This document shows, piece after piece, positions 1 through 13,200 of a stretch of DNA of 64,000 nucleotides (its first letter is position 1; each line of letters starts with the position of its first letter). This DNA is from Pavona decussata (Eukaryota): the NCBI GenBank assembly GCA_977016875.1, contig CDRNST010000080.1:806001-870000 (forward strand), written 5' to 3'. The notes beneath the pieces are model-generated. The model saw only the letters and a program-made list of their open reading frames with translations. It was not told the origin of the DNA and did no database searches. The translations under genes and the position numbers were made by a program.

Positions 1-1205
1 GAAAGTGAAGAAACCTTTTCTTTGTCGACATCTATCACTGTAGCGCACTGGTCAGATTTGGCGGTTAGCTATCCGGAGTTTCTTGAAAAACTTCTCTGGT
101 TGGGCTGCCAAAAGAATTAAACGTCCGAAAAATTCAGTAAACATCCAAACTAAACACAACTATACATGATGTCGCAATAAGTTTGATATTAGAAGGAGTT
201 TGGAAGTTTTATTTGACGTTTAACTGTCGACTGATATAAAACGCCTGCAGTATTGAACACTCGACTTTGTGTGCCGATAAGGCAGATATTACGAATTATT
301 AACGACGAATCATCTAAATATATCGATTCAGTGAATGTAGCAAAACAGGCCTCACAATCCGGCGCACGGTGTTTATTGAATGATTGTCAGTTGCTCACGC
401 AGCGAAGTATTTGATAAAGTCGATAAATTTCTCTCCTGAATTCATTTCAGTCGTAATTCTTCGTGTACAGTCACCTTTGCCTTCTATGAAGAGTCAAACT
501 TCTAAGTGTGCCCATTCGTGTGAAATCTTCGCTTACCGTCCCCTTCCCGGCTTTTTCGTTTAAAAGCTTGTAGTGAGAGAGCCCAGAGCCCTATAAGCCG
601 CATAGATTGTGCTGGTCTTCCTTGCAGCTCAGTATTTAACTTAGTATATAGAAGATGTCGTATAAATTCATTCAGTTGCAAAGTAAATTACAGACTTGCC
701 ACAGTGACAAACGTCTGGGAAGGAAAGGGTTAATTAATTTAATGTGGAAGTTATGATGATCCCTTGAGGGAATGATTAATTGTGTCAGAAAGTGGCTTGA
801 ACAATACTATTAACTGACTGCCTTCCAAACAACGTCCAAAATAATCCCTATCCGAAACGTTTAAAGAAAAAGGCTTTTCTCTTCGGTTTTCTCTTTTTCG
901 CCTTATTTTAAAAATCCTGCTTGTAAATCTCACAATGAAACATTCAATGAAGCTGACAATGTATTATTTCAAAATCCTGATGCATATCATGATCACTGCT
1001 CACTATCTGATTACTAGCTTAAATTTTATCAGTTTTGTATATTGTGGCATTAATAAAGAAGGTTTTAATTCTTCGCGAATGTTTAATATTCTTAAGAGAC
1101 CTTAAGTAACGATAAAGTGAATTTAGTCATAAGGCGCCTAAACTTTACACCACTTTTCAAAAACTTATGAATGGACGCTCCGGTGCCGTCGTTAGCTTAC
1201 GACAC

Positions 1206-1349
1206 NNNNNNNNNNNNNNNNNNNNNNNNNNNNNNNNNNNNNNNNNNNNNNNNNNNNNNNNNNNNNNNNNNNNNNNNNNNNNNNNNNNNNNNNNNNNNNN
1301 NNNNNNNNNNNNNNNNNNNNNNNNNNNNNNNNNNNNNNNNNNNNNNNNN
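1206..1349. other. Assembly gap (144 N)
   Basis: Run of N characters. Confidence 0.99.
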
Positions 1350-1514
1350 TTGTGCTTGAAAATAGCTCTGTTGTGCTTGGAAATAGTCGCTTTTTTTAAT
1401 CGAAATGAATTTTAAATATTGAATTGTAAATAGGTTTTAATAGCTCTTTTTTCTACTTTTAACTTGTAAATATCAATTTTGCTTGGAATATTATAATAAA
1501 GAAAGATATTATTT

Positions 1515-1523
1515 TCATCATCA

Positions 1524-1556
<33 letters not shown>
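1515..1556. repeat. Compound microsatellite (TCA)4(TTA)10
   Basis: Read directly from the sequence. Confidence 0.95.
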
Positions 1557-1558
<2 letters not shown>

Positions 1559-2007
1559 TTCAAGCAGGAACTGTTTGAGTATAAGGTACCATTTGCAAGA
1601 AACGGTTTTGCAAATCAGACAGCTTTACGACAAGCACTCGTCCGTGCCCACAGAAACGATATTATGGAGACAATTTAAAAATGTCTCAAACTTCGACAAA
1701 AACATCTTCCGTGTGTTGTTTGCAACACTTGTGACAAACTTCTAGGTTGGACGTAAACGAATAAACAATTTGTGACGTTAACATGCCCTTACTGACAAAT
1801 TGCAAGTTTGCTAAAGATGTACTTCAAAAGTGGCTCAAGCTTTAAAAGACATTAATTGTGACTGAGTGTCGTTAAGTATTTCCGAAAAACATTATCGTTC
1901 CATTGTGATAAAAGCTGTGACAATATATAAATAAGGGTTACACGGATATATTCTAAACAGTAAAATAGTGAGCAATTTATGAATCAAATATTTTACTTTG
2001 CGTCCAC

Positions 2008-2320
2008 GTAATGTTTAAAACACGAGCAGCAGTTTTTATCGGGATTTAAAGCCACGAGGCGCAGCCGAGTGGTTTTAGACCCGATAAAACACGTGCTACG
2101 AGTTTTTTGAACGCTTCAAAAACATTCCTGGAAAAGCGTGTGTCAAGAGAGTTCATAACAATGATGCTTTTGTGAACGTTGGAAATTAGCGTAGGAGAAA
2201 AACATAAAACGCCGCATACTAATAAGGAGGAGGTTTTATCGGATATAAAACCACTGCACGTGATGTTTTATCGACCATCAGTGATAGGTCAATGGGCGTA
2301 TGAATTATTAATGAGTTTTT
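2008..2320. mobile_element. Palindromic non-autonomous repeat (MITE-like) with a CGAGGCGCAGCCGAG core
   Basis: Inverted arms TTTTATCGGG...AAAGCCAC / GTGGTTTT...CCCGATAAAA around the core, with a partial internal repeat near 2235-2270. Boundaries approximate. Confidence 0.55.
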
Positions 2321-5300
2321 GATTGAACTTTAATTATGCAGTGTTCTCCGTTTTGGGAACAGTTTGATATAATTACAGTCGGTTTAATTTCTCTGTTATG
2401 AGATCCTATGCTGTTTTTAAGTGTTGTTTCTAGAAACTGACCACAAATTATGACCAATTTGGCAGCGGTCGCAACTGAGAACCCGCGGTCATCAGATGTG
2501 TTTAGGAAGCTCGGGCTGAAGATAGCAAAAGGAAAACGTCAAGCGAAAGACAAGAGCATGAGGAGTGTATGAAGAGCTTCATTTTGCATCAGCACATTCA
2601 GGCAGCTAATATTTTTTGCCTGCAGAAATTGTTTGTCTCCCACCATGACAAGGCTTAGGAGCTCATTCAGTGATTGAAGTGCTTTCTCCTCTGAAAACGC
2701 ATTTCCACTGTCAGGTGGGCTGAAGACAACGAAGCCATTATAAAGAATACGTCCATTGAATTTCGTATTGGACGGTATAAAAACCCTTACATTTTTTGTT
2801 ATTTCGCAATCATATATGGCGCTCAAAATATAAGACAAGCTGAATACAATGATTTGTGAGCAAGAGAGGAGTGATCCTCTCTTGCTTGTGAGCAATCTAT
2901 TGCGCAACTGCTCGGAAAAAGATGGTCAGTCAAGTCGCTTACTTTTCTCAGCATCGTCAATTTACGGTTGAATCGTTTGAGTTTCTAAACCACTATATGG
3001 TAAACATCTCTTCCCATTCTTTCCTACCGTTCTGATCGAGTTATTTACAATGATGAAAAACCCAAGCCAGTTTGTATTGAATTGATACTTTTTTGCCTAA
3101 AATATTCACAATGTTGAATAGTAGCCAGTATTGATTGAAAGAATAGGAGACTTGATTGTCTAAAATATTCAATACTGAATCTTCGCTATAAAAACCCGAG
3201 AGCCTTGTAGACCTACAAAGTCTCAAGTAAAATTATAATTATAAAGCGCTTTGTTAGCATTTTTGGTATTTTCGTTGCGCAACGAAGTAACATATAGTCG
3301 TTCCATCTCTGTTATGTCCCTCTCCTGCACAAGTGGCGCGAGGTTTTCCAGTTCATATCGCCCGATTTAATCAGATCAACTCCTCAATTCAGAAGGCATG
3401 TAACAACATACAAATTACTTAAAGGCATAAAGTTTACATTGAGTTGCAACTGAAGTATATTGGCAGGTCGGCTTGTTAACCACAGAGCCATTATTACATG
3501 AGGAGTCTCAAGCCTCCTATGACTGCCGATTTCGCAGAGGAGTTTGTCTCCGCTTTAAATATCGCCAACATCGTGATAACCATTTGATTTCATTGTTTTA
3601 AATCAGTATGAGGCAGTCCGTTTTCCTGGATATACTTTACTGTCTGTTCGTATTTATTTTGAGTTATTCCGCTTTATTTTAATATAATTGTTTCATTTAA
3701 CCTTTGTATATTTGGTAAGTTTTGTTTCATTCCGCTCTCTGACGTTGTTATCAACAGTGACTGCCATTCGTTAACTGACCACACTAAAACCGTTTGTTGT
3801 CTTATCAAATACCTCGCTGTCTACTTGCGTTTATGCATGTGGTTTCATGTTTTGAACATTTTTGCCACATGCTTGTTTCTTTCTCTTCTCCACCCAACCT
3901 CCTTCCGATGCTATCGTGATTATAAAACATATTATGAAATATCTCAAAGTTTAATATTAATGGCGCTCTTCGCTTGTCCACGTTTCCACCCAGCCCTCCC
4001 TTCCTAAAGTGATAAGCCTTTAAGTCTTGACATACCTTATTACCTGTAAATCGCTTTGCAATTAGAGCATACTTATCGCAATGCAATTACATGATATTAA
4101 TCAAGCTCTTGAACATTCCGTGCGTGTTAAGCAAAACCAAAATGAGGCGAGTGCGTTTCTTCGGTCTATGTTGCCTGCCTGTCAGACGAGAATGACAATT
4201 CTATATTTGATAAATGTGGCGCTTCGAGCTCCAGAAATAGCAAGTCATTGTCGTCGGACTGCCCCTGTTTGATAGTAAGCTCTGGTATGTTACTCCTTTC
4301 CGGTCAAAGAAATCGGATGGCAGTGAGGAAAAAAGCGCAAAAAAGCTGCCAGCAGTTATAAGAATTTCTGGATCCATTTATCTTCTTTGGCGGTGATGTA
4401 ATCTCAGTAGGAAGTACTAGTGGAATTCCGAAAAATTTGCTAGAATGAATCACAAAACTAGTAAGCTTCACAGATAGTCTGAGCCATATTCTGCCAAACT
4501 TCTACTCTTCAGACTGAGTTGTTGGAAAGACCTATATTACTTAAGAACTCATATAGAATACGCCGGAATGATCGAGCGCTGACTGCGTTCAGTACGAGGC
4601 TGAATGTGTTACTTTCTCTGAGAGCAATGGCAGCTAGAAATGTCTGACTAATTAGTGAACTTTTTGGAATCAATTCTTCGAGGTGTGAGCCTTTTTGAGT
4701 AGATTAACAAAAGACCCCCAACTTAATTAAAGAACCTTGAATGGGATTTTGGCGTCAACGTTGTTAACCCAGCAGACAAACATATTTGACGTGGGATTAC
4801 GAATGGCTTAAGAATTTCAGAAATTTCCAAATTGTTTTGAGTGTTTCGAGTACAAATTGTGGTGGCTCGTTTTGGTTCTCGATTGGCCTTAAGCTTTCTT
4901 GTCTGTCTTGGCTTGAGAGTTTGAAAATATGCGTCTATATTTTGGTTCTTTTGGAATCGATAACAATTTATTCGGTCAAACAAGAATCTTGACCTGTCAA
5001 ATATTTTCCACTAGTTCCTGATATTATTGAAATTTCCTGGATGTAGAACAAGCCGCACAGCTTCACCCCTCCCTTGAAGAGATGACTTTGCGATCACTTT
5101 TAAAATATACAAATTGAGCTTTTCTTTGCATATTACTAATAAAAAGTGTTGTACATACATTTAAACAGCTGCCTGTAGAGATATAGAACAATTAAGAGAC
5201 CAAAAAGATGGGATTTTATTGTTAGTATTTTACCCCCTGTCGTGGGAAGGGTTTTCAGATATCAGAGAGGTCATAATCGACGTGCTGTTGTCAGTAATAA

Positions 5301-5612
5301 CAAAGTTATTAACCACACAATAGGTAAATGACTTCCTAGCTGTCAAAACGAGCGATCAGGAGATTCATAGCTTTCTACCGCAAATTTCTGATCTACATAA
5401 CCGATGGACAATGCCCGAAAGCAGTGCTCAACATCGAGAACACCACACGTCAATTCTATTTGCGGGCGACCAATATCCGTTGAGTGAAAAACCACAAGGA
5501 AGAAATAAGTGCTGTAGCTATTTGAATAATCACAAGGTTTATAAGGAACACACCACGTCACAAGATGTTTGCTATCACTTGTTTGTGAACCGCCAAAGCC
5601 TTTATACACAAC

Positions 5613-7124
5613 ATGTTATGCGGCCCGATGACCATGAAAGACACGAGTTATGAGATGTCCCTGTGGAGCAAAAGTAACTCAAATGAAGAAATGATGTACA
5701 AAGAGTGGAGCGTACAGCGAGATATAAACAGCTGGGATCAAGCCAAGCTGAAAGTTTCGCGATCTCTTGATGACGTTCAGAAAAGTATTCCAACCGCAAC
5801 AACAGGCGCAAAACCTTATCGATTTAACGGCAGTGATCTGGCAAATTCTGTAAGTGGAGGCCTGACAACGGAAGCCGGGGCAAAAGAAATGAAAAGACCC
5901 CAATTTCAAATAACAATTGAACAACCGATCCGCCACGTTACGCCTTCTTGCAACGTTACATTTCCTTTGTGGTCAAAGCTCCAAAGCACTTACGGTAACG
6001 GGCGCCGTGCTTCGGACGGCTTACTGGCTTCCTCTGCACCGTTCTCTGGTAGAAACGCTATGGTGTATAGTACTTTATCAGAGGAACAGAGTTCGAATGA
6101 AAGCCCGTCTTGTGTAAACCCCGCTAACAATTACAACAGCGGGGTTTCTTCGCTAAATTACCGCCGATTTTCCGATGGATGCTTTCGCAGTGTTCCAACG
6201 CACAAAGGATACAAAAAGGTCAGCGTGGTTTTACCCCAGCCGCGGAGAAGCGTGAACGAAGAACCTGCGATAAGTTGCAACGCTGAAGAAGCTACGCGCG
6301 TCAAAGACGATGTGAAGGATTTTGAAAGTGCTGATTGCAGCAAAAACGAGGAAGACGACCGCTGGAAGGAACTAGTCGCTAAAGCGCAAGGATTTAAGTG
6401 TGGTAAAGCGAATGGTGCTATCAGACCAAGAGGTGCACTCATGGAAGACGTGAAAGGGAACGTTAGTCGCTCTTTAGAGATTGAGGAAGTTTATAGCGAC
6501 ATTGGCAGCGAAGCATCTTTTTCATCAAGCAGTTCGTATCACTCATCGTCTGATAGTGATAGCAATGTATGTAGCGCCCTAACATTTAAGCCGATATCCG
6601 GCGAATTAGCGAATTACAAGGCTGAAGGCCACACAAGTGTAACCTCGAACGCTGTAAACAAAATCCGGCGAGCTTCGCTTCAACCTTCGTTCAGCTCTAA
6701 TTCGACCAAAAATCAACCGCGCAGGTATTCAGTAGCGGCCATTAGCCCTGCGCATTCACTGGATCCAACGAAAACGGCAAAACTGTCTGGATACAGCACG
6801 CAAAGCGCGTTAGAGCAGGCGCGGCAACTTCTGAGCAAGCTGCAGTCGGAGGGAAAGTACAAGAATAAGAAAGAGAGACTGGAAGAATTGAGCACAGCGC
6901 TTAAGTGGATTCTAGAGGAGCTTAATCGTATCGAAACCCCGGACAGGGAACTTGTTAGTTTGTTTATAAGCTTGCGTGCGAAAATTGTAAACTTGAAGGC
7001 TGATCTGAAAACGGAAGAGTTTGATGCGACCTCTGTTGACCCCGCTGAAGAAACCAGCGCCCAAAAACTGCTGACAGAAGACAGCATCACAAACGCTCGT
7101 TCCAGACGTTTCAGCTGGTGTTGA
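5613..7124 (+). CDS. FAM167: FAM167-family protein with a long, Ser-rich disordered N-terminus (503 aa, single coding exon)
   Basis: Uninterrupted ORF. C-terminal LEELSTALKWILEELNRIETPDRELVSLFISLRAKIVNLK matches the FAM167 coiled-coil pattern (A-x-x-W-x-x-x-EL...D...L), and the terminus SRRFSWC matches vertebrate FAM167A SRRFSLC as recalled. The start could be one of several nearby ATGs. Confidence 0.85.
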   Translation: MLCGPMTMKDTSYEMSLWSKSNSNEEMMYKEWSVQRDINSWDQAKLKVSRSLDDVQKSIPTATTGAKPYRFNGSDLANSVSGGLTTEAGAKEMKRPQFQITIEQPIRHVTPSCNVTFPLWSKLQSTYGNGRRASDGLLASSAPFSGRNAMVYSTLSEEQSSNESPSCVNPANNYNSGVSSLNYRRFSDGCFRSVPTHKGYKKVSVVLPQPRRSVNEEPAISCNAEEATRVKDDVKDFESADCSKNEEDDRWKELVAKAQGFKCGKANGAIRPRGALMEDVKGNVSRSLEIEEVYSDIGSEASFSSSSSYHSSSDSDSNVCSALTFKPISGELANYKAEGHTSVTSNAVNKIRRASLQPSFSSNSTKNQPRRYSVAAISPAHSLDPTKTAKLSGYSTQSALEQARQLLSKLQSEGKYKNKKERLEELSTALKWILEELNRIETPDRELVSLFISLRAKIVNLKADLKTEEFDATSVDPAEETSAQKLLTEDSITNARSRRFSWC

Positions 7125-7974
7125 AAGGAAAATATTTTCTCTTGAGGGTAAGTTGTGAAGAAATGTGTTTTCTTTCATAACAGTTATTGTTTCCGGCACA
7201 CGTTTAGCACTGGTGAACTGCTGTTATACTTTATAGCCTAACAACCGGTTTACATTCAAAACCTCATACTCTCTGCTTGAAGATATCAAATTGTGGCATT
7301 GTTTGTGTCACACCTTAGGATTAAAACAAGTCTCAGCGTACACAGAAGGAAGTTGTAAGCAATGCGAAAGAGCGAATTGGGTGTATTAAAAATGACAACT
7401 TCAAGGGAAATTGAAAGTTCCCTTTGTAATTCCCAGCTGTTGTCATGAAGCGAAAATAGGTTGCGTGGGAAAACCATTCTACCGCGACAACGTTATTTAA
7501 GCTCAATGATCAATTTTTTCATAGCCAAAACAATTTTATTGTCTTCTATTCTTTCCATGAATTCCCTTTGTTTTGCAAATTACGTTCATTTTCCTTTCAA
7601 ACCGCAGCATCGATCGAACGCAAACACTTGTTCGGGCCGAGCTAAATGCTTGAAATTTCTTCCCGTTGAAGGGGTTTTGAAAGAAAACATTCGGCTCTTG
7701 AAGACGAAATCGCGAACAAATAGATGCTTCAAAACGGATCATAACATTTGCCATCTGCCACTTCCGATAGCTTGTCACGAAGGGAATGATTTGTTCATTT
7801 TCGTTCTGTAAACAAAAGTAGTTTTAATTACATTGCTCGTTCGCAAATGTGCTTCAGTCCCTTAGCGAACAATGTCGTGTTTTGATACTACCGACCAGAA
7901 AATGCTGAGCAAAGATTCGTGTCAATGTCCACGTCACCTTTCCGTGTTTAGGCAGAAAATATCCAAACAGTTAC

Positions 7975-10068
7975 ACAATATTTGGCTGAGAGGTCAGGGG
8001 TGCAACTTAAGTAATCCTGCTTCAAAGAAAAACGCAAGGCAAAAATTTGAGCTCGTACGTCAAAATAATGAGTCGTTTTTAATTCTTTTGTTTCAACCCT
8101 TCAAAGGTATTTAGATAGCACTTAATATTAATCCAGGTTTCGTTTAGGATTGTTTTGATTCATAAAAAGAGTGACGTAAAATTGTCATGAATGTACCCAA
8201 AATAAATGATTAAATTGTTAGCTTACTTGACAACGTCGCTTTCAAGTCTTTCCGTTTCGATTTTTGAAATTTTTTTATGCTGACACCGAATCCAAATGTA
8301 GCTTATTTGTATTCACTACTTGCGGTGGTTTGTTTCCTTGATAGCGAAGATTACTCTCCAGGAAAAAAAAAATTCTCGGCCTTTTTTCACGAAATCTTTC
8401 TCAATTGGCTATACTTTTTTTGTCTTTGTTTAGTTCCCTGATGTTAACGAGACCGTGTTCTGTTGTACAAAAATTAATTAATTTTGAGCGAGTGTGGTTA
8501 GAACCCAGTCCTCTGCCGCTTATCGTCTCTTGCAGAGACAATGGACGCCATTTTAGGTCGTTATCACTTCTTACAGAACGTGTTAAGGGAGCAGGGATGG
8601 CGCAGTAGTGAGAGCATTCGCTTCCCACCAGTGTGGCCCGGGTTCGATTCACAGACTCAGCGTCACATGTGGGTTGAGTTTGTTGTTTGGTCTCGTCTTT
8701 TGCTCCGAGAGGTTTTTCTCCGGTTGCTCCGGTTTTCCCCTCTTCTCAAAAACCAACATTTCCAAATTCCACTTCGATCTGGATTATTATCAAGCACTTT
8801 ATCATGAGCTTCTGGCTCTGGAGATTGCTCAAGCGCTCCTTGTGTTATTGACAATAAATGAATTACATTTTACTTTACGTAAAAATAAAGTTTAGAATCC
8901 TCAATCATTTCACATGAAATTTCACCTTTTTGGTAGAAGGAAAATATTGTCTAGAATGACCCTTTTAATACTTTGTCGTATAATAATCCCTTTAGTAATT
9001 CAAAGTATATTAAAATCAGTGCTGTGGTAAACGCAAGTTCAGTTTGAAGTTTGAAAGTGAAAGTCGTATGCCAATTTTAGCCACTGGTATAAAAATAGAT
9101 TTACAAAACAAATAGGTTTAATTCGCAATAATCCTCGTTTCAAAAAATAAGAGCAATTATCAAACCCTCTTTGTGTGCAGTTAATCCCATGTTATTCAGC
9201 GTATATTTGTATGTCGAGCAGGAAATCACGTTTCACTCGATGCCCAGACGAAATATGTTGTATTGGCATTTGTGGAACTTCAAATGAGTAGCTTAAGAGC
9301 ACATTACAATCTAAGTCTTTATTATCTTGAGGACTAGAACATTCTGGAAAACGCGCATTCAAAGGAAATACGTAACAGACAGCTTCGACTGAAATAAGCA
9401 TCACAGACTTTTGGCGCCAATCAATCACAGGTTTGTTCGGATAAAAAATGAAATTTAATGGTACATCAATACCAGAAAGGTTCTTGGACACTTAAAACAA
9501 TGACATAAACTGACCCTAAATTTCAAATCCCTCCTCACTAAATACTAGTTAATCCAAGGATTATATAATTCACAAGAATGCTGTGGTTAGTTTTCCGCGT
9601 TTGAAAGTTCAATCAGTTCAAATTGGAATGGGGTGCACGTTAAAGGAAATTACAGGAAAACCGAATATTCGTTTATTTGCAATATATCCATGCTTATCGG
9701 AAACGGCTTTTAATTAGCATAAGATTGCTGAACTGTACGGCCAAAGGTTATTGCTCCACTTGAACTTCTTTTGGATCGGCTGCAGAAAAACTGTTCTTTG
9801 GATCTGCGGAAGGAGAATGCGGTTTCCTTATTGAATTGGGGAATTATAAACTTCTACTATCCCATCAGCGTAGCAATTTCTGAGATGCGGCAAAAATGAC
9901 ACTTGTGCTGGATATTTGAAAATAAAACTTCTTAATGCTTTAACTATTTGGTAATCCCCGCTAATGTGTAGTACGTTGTTTGTAATTCTATTGCATTGTT
10001 CACCAAAAAATTAACACCATTTTATCAACAAACGCTATTTTTAACTCTCAGTTACCCGTATGTAGATG
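7975..10068 (+). repeat. Arm A of a ~2.1-kb inverted duplication (partner 14533-16720)
   Basis: Colinear reverse-complement match, e.g. 7975 ACAATATTTGGCTGAGAGG with ~16720 and 10041-10068 with 14533-14560. Arm A has ~300 extra bp (~8217-8523). Confidence 0.95.
8587..8880 (+). mobile_element. tRNA-derived SINE with a V-domain-like core
   Basis: Pol III A box TGGCGCAGTAGTG, B box GGTTCGATTC, core TTTTTCTCCGGTTGCTCCGGTTTTCCCC and a short TTTAC-type tail. Confidence 0.85.
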
Positions 10069-10076
10069 TATTTTCT

Positions 10077-10246
10077 AATAGCCCTTTTCACGGTTGATTT
10101 TTCTCATTTGCATTACAATGTTATCCAACGTGGATGCGAGGCAATTTCGGCCAGCTAAAACTACAAAATAGCCCGAAATTGCCTTACATACATGCTAGAT
10201 TTCATTGTAATTCAAATGAGCAGAGTTAACCGTGAAAAGGGCTATT
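10077..10246. mobile_element. MITE with 19-bp perfect terminal inverted repeats
   Basis: AATAGCCCTTTTCACGGTT ... AACCGTGAAAAGGGCTATT, with further internal complementarity. Confidence 0.8.
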
Positions 10247-13200
10247 GTTGTTGTAAACCAGAGCCTAAGCTAAATAACCCTTTGTGGTTACCCATACAGC
10301 AGTCTTCAGTTGAGTGTCGAACGTGACTTTGGTTTTGTTTTACTAAACTGGCGCCACTTTCTTAACCAATGGGAAGCAAACAAAAACCCAATGGCGACTT
10401 GCTCGCACGTGCTTTCCCGCGCTGGCTACACGTATTTGCTTCTAGTTCTGATTGTTCTTGGTATTGTTCACTGTCCTTTGGTTTTGTGACATTCAAATGA
10501 AAACCATTCTAACAAACGCACTGAATGGCGCGGTGAACTAATCAGAATCCCTACAAAAGGCGAACAATACAGTTCACTATGATTGGTTCAAAATGTTGTG
10601 CGTAGCCGGTTAAGCAGAAGTTGCAAAGAGACTGAAAAAGGTGTAAAATCGAAATCCGTTCGATTTCCTGATGATATTGTAGGGAGAATTTAGGTGTTGA
10701 TCACTACCGGGACTTGTCGATTTTAGCATTGCGTTTCGTGAACTGTATTTTGCTTCAACCCACTCTATCAAAGTAGTGTTACTAATGACAGCACACACAA
10801 TTAAGACCCTCCGTAGTAAAATCGCGCTTCGTCTTGTGTGTCGACTGGTGAAAACGAATATTTTTGAAAACGGTGACGTAATTAGCGTCACGCAACATCG
10901 GGTCTAGTCCAGATCCGAGAATCTGCAAATGGGCAGTCCAGGCCACGGTCGTTTTCACTATTTTCCAGCGTTTTAGTTTGGACAGTAAATGATATCCCCG
11001 GACGAAAATAGTTTTCTACGTTTTCGGCGAGATGTCATATCACCGGTTCACCTAGCTTTCCTACCTTCAAGAAACGAATGTACAAGTTTTCGTTGAAAGG
11101 ATTTCGAATTGTTCATGCAGCATGTTTTCGAGGTGTCCTCTTCATATAAGCCCGATGGTTCCTTGGGGTCTCCTCGCCATATTTTTAATGCTACTTTTGT
11201 CTTACATTAATGTGTTTGATGGCAAATAAAGAAAAAAGGAAAAGTCACCTTTGATGTTACAATCAAATACATATTGTCCAACTCTTTCAGCCCAGTTCGA
11301 AAAATTAATTCAAAGTTCCCAATACTCATTCATTTCTTTGAATACCATTTCTTAAAGTTTGTGGCTCTACATCAATATATTTTATGTCACTCACACTGAT
11401 AAATATCTGTTTATGTCTTCAGGTATGCAAGCAAGAGACAAAGGACGAAAATATTTTTTTATCAATAAGGACATTTTTGATAATATTAAACACAAAACCA
11501 AATATAAATTATATGTAGAAAGTAGAAGACGTAATCCGAAATATGATTTTTTTTTATTGTAGTTTTGGTGGAAAAAAGAGATTTAGCTTAGAAAAGTAGA
11601 TAAATAGTGATTTATATTGATAGATGATTTTTAATGCTGTAATTGTGCTAATTAGATTTCAAGATATACCCTTTGTAAATTTGTGTTTTGGATGCCATTT
11701 CAGTGAATATCAGTTCATAGAAGTACTGTGTTGAAAAATAGTACTTATCAAGGCATCGGACATTGAGATTTGAAACATTTTCACTCCAAGACAAAAATCT
11801 CAAACTGAGCTTTGTTTGTTTATGTGCAACTTTAAACGAAAGGGATGTCAGATGTTTTGAATTTACAGTGGTTGTTTTTGACTTCGAAGTAAAGGAGATA
11901 ACAAAATTCCGAAACCAACTTAACATAAGTACTCAATTTAGATTCATTTCCGGAAAATTTGGATCAGCATACTATATGTGACTGGTCCCTTCATTCTCCT
12001 TCCTGACCTCCAGGGGGTGGTGGTTACTTTTTAAGATAAGCCAGATATGTATGTGCCACCCAAGGGGTATGGTTTTTGAGCCGTTTAGTAGTCTGAAACT
12101 CCACCAAAAATTCCAAGAACTACACCACCCACAAGTGCCACATGCAAAGGAAAAGAAGATTTGAGACGATTTGGTCCGTCATGAGGAGTACTGCAAGTCA
12201 ACCGCAATCATATCGCAATCAAACCGCAGTCAAAACCGTACCACAGTTGTTTGACTTCGTACTTATGTTAAACACAGTGATGCCGCAACGTAACCGCAGA
12301 GATGCCGCAAACATTCCGAATTTGTTGACTGTTGTAAATTGTTAGGATTGAAATACAGCTCGTGACTGGCTCAAATGGTTGAGAAACGACATCATTTTAT
12401 CATGCAAGTAGCTTATATGATAATTGCAAGCCATAAATATATATTTAAAAAATAGTTATATAGAAAGTGTGTCCACTAAATGGTAGTTGACTGAATTTAT
12501 GTTTCCGTACAAAGAAAACGGAATTTTCAGCGTGTGAGAGTCGGATTACTGCCAGATTACGATGCTTTGTAATCAAGCTGATCAAGCATTATAAAAAATA
12601 TATATAAATTTCAATTGATGATATCTTCAATCCTTGATCAATACGAATTTTGACGAAAAAACTTGACGTTTTTGTTAAACTCATATAAGCTGGTAATATA
12701 ATAAAACATGGATTGAAAGCAAGTCTCGCTTCATCTTTACTTGTCCATTCTTGCAAAACAGCGTGCAGCGTTAACATGCTATAGGAGGGAGTCGTCGGTT
12801 ATGTATGCTATTGAACAAGCGTGAAGTCCGTATTGGAAAAACATTGGTCGAGTTTTTTTTGTTGTTGTTGTTACGCGGGATGCCCTGAGGGGGCATACCG
12901 TGTCTAAAAACGGGACGATTTCTTTTTCTTCGTCGTAGCTTCAAATCGGTACATTAATTTATTCATTAAACTCACCCCTCTCCTACTCGGGGTGTATTGT
13001 TCTGATTGTCTTCAACAGAAGCAGGCCAATCAAAATCCATTCTTGTCGCTTACATCGCGAGGTAGGGGACCCTTTCACCCCTACCTGTGTGACGTCAACG
13101 CATCATTTGATCTATTTATTAAAAACGGATTAAATTTGGGGCGATATTGTTTATCACATGTTCTGGACTCAAGTGTGCCGTTTTCAAACGGAAATTTCAC

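Noticed and set aside
2539-2907. 122-aa minus-strand ORF
   Set aside because: Non-ATG start, no recognisable domain and no supporting splice structure.
8590-8660. tRNA gene
   Set aside because: A and B boxes are present, but there is no complete cloverleaf and the sequence runs on into the SINE body.
8401-8895. Several 60-95 aa ORFs, mirrored at 16128-16430
   Set aside because: Chance frames across the SINE.
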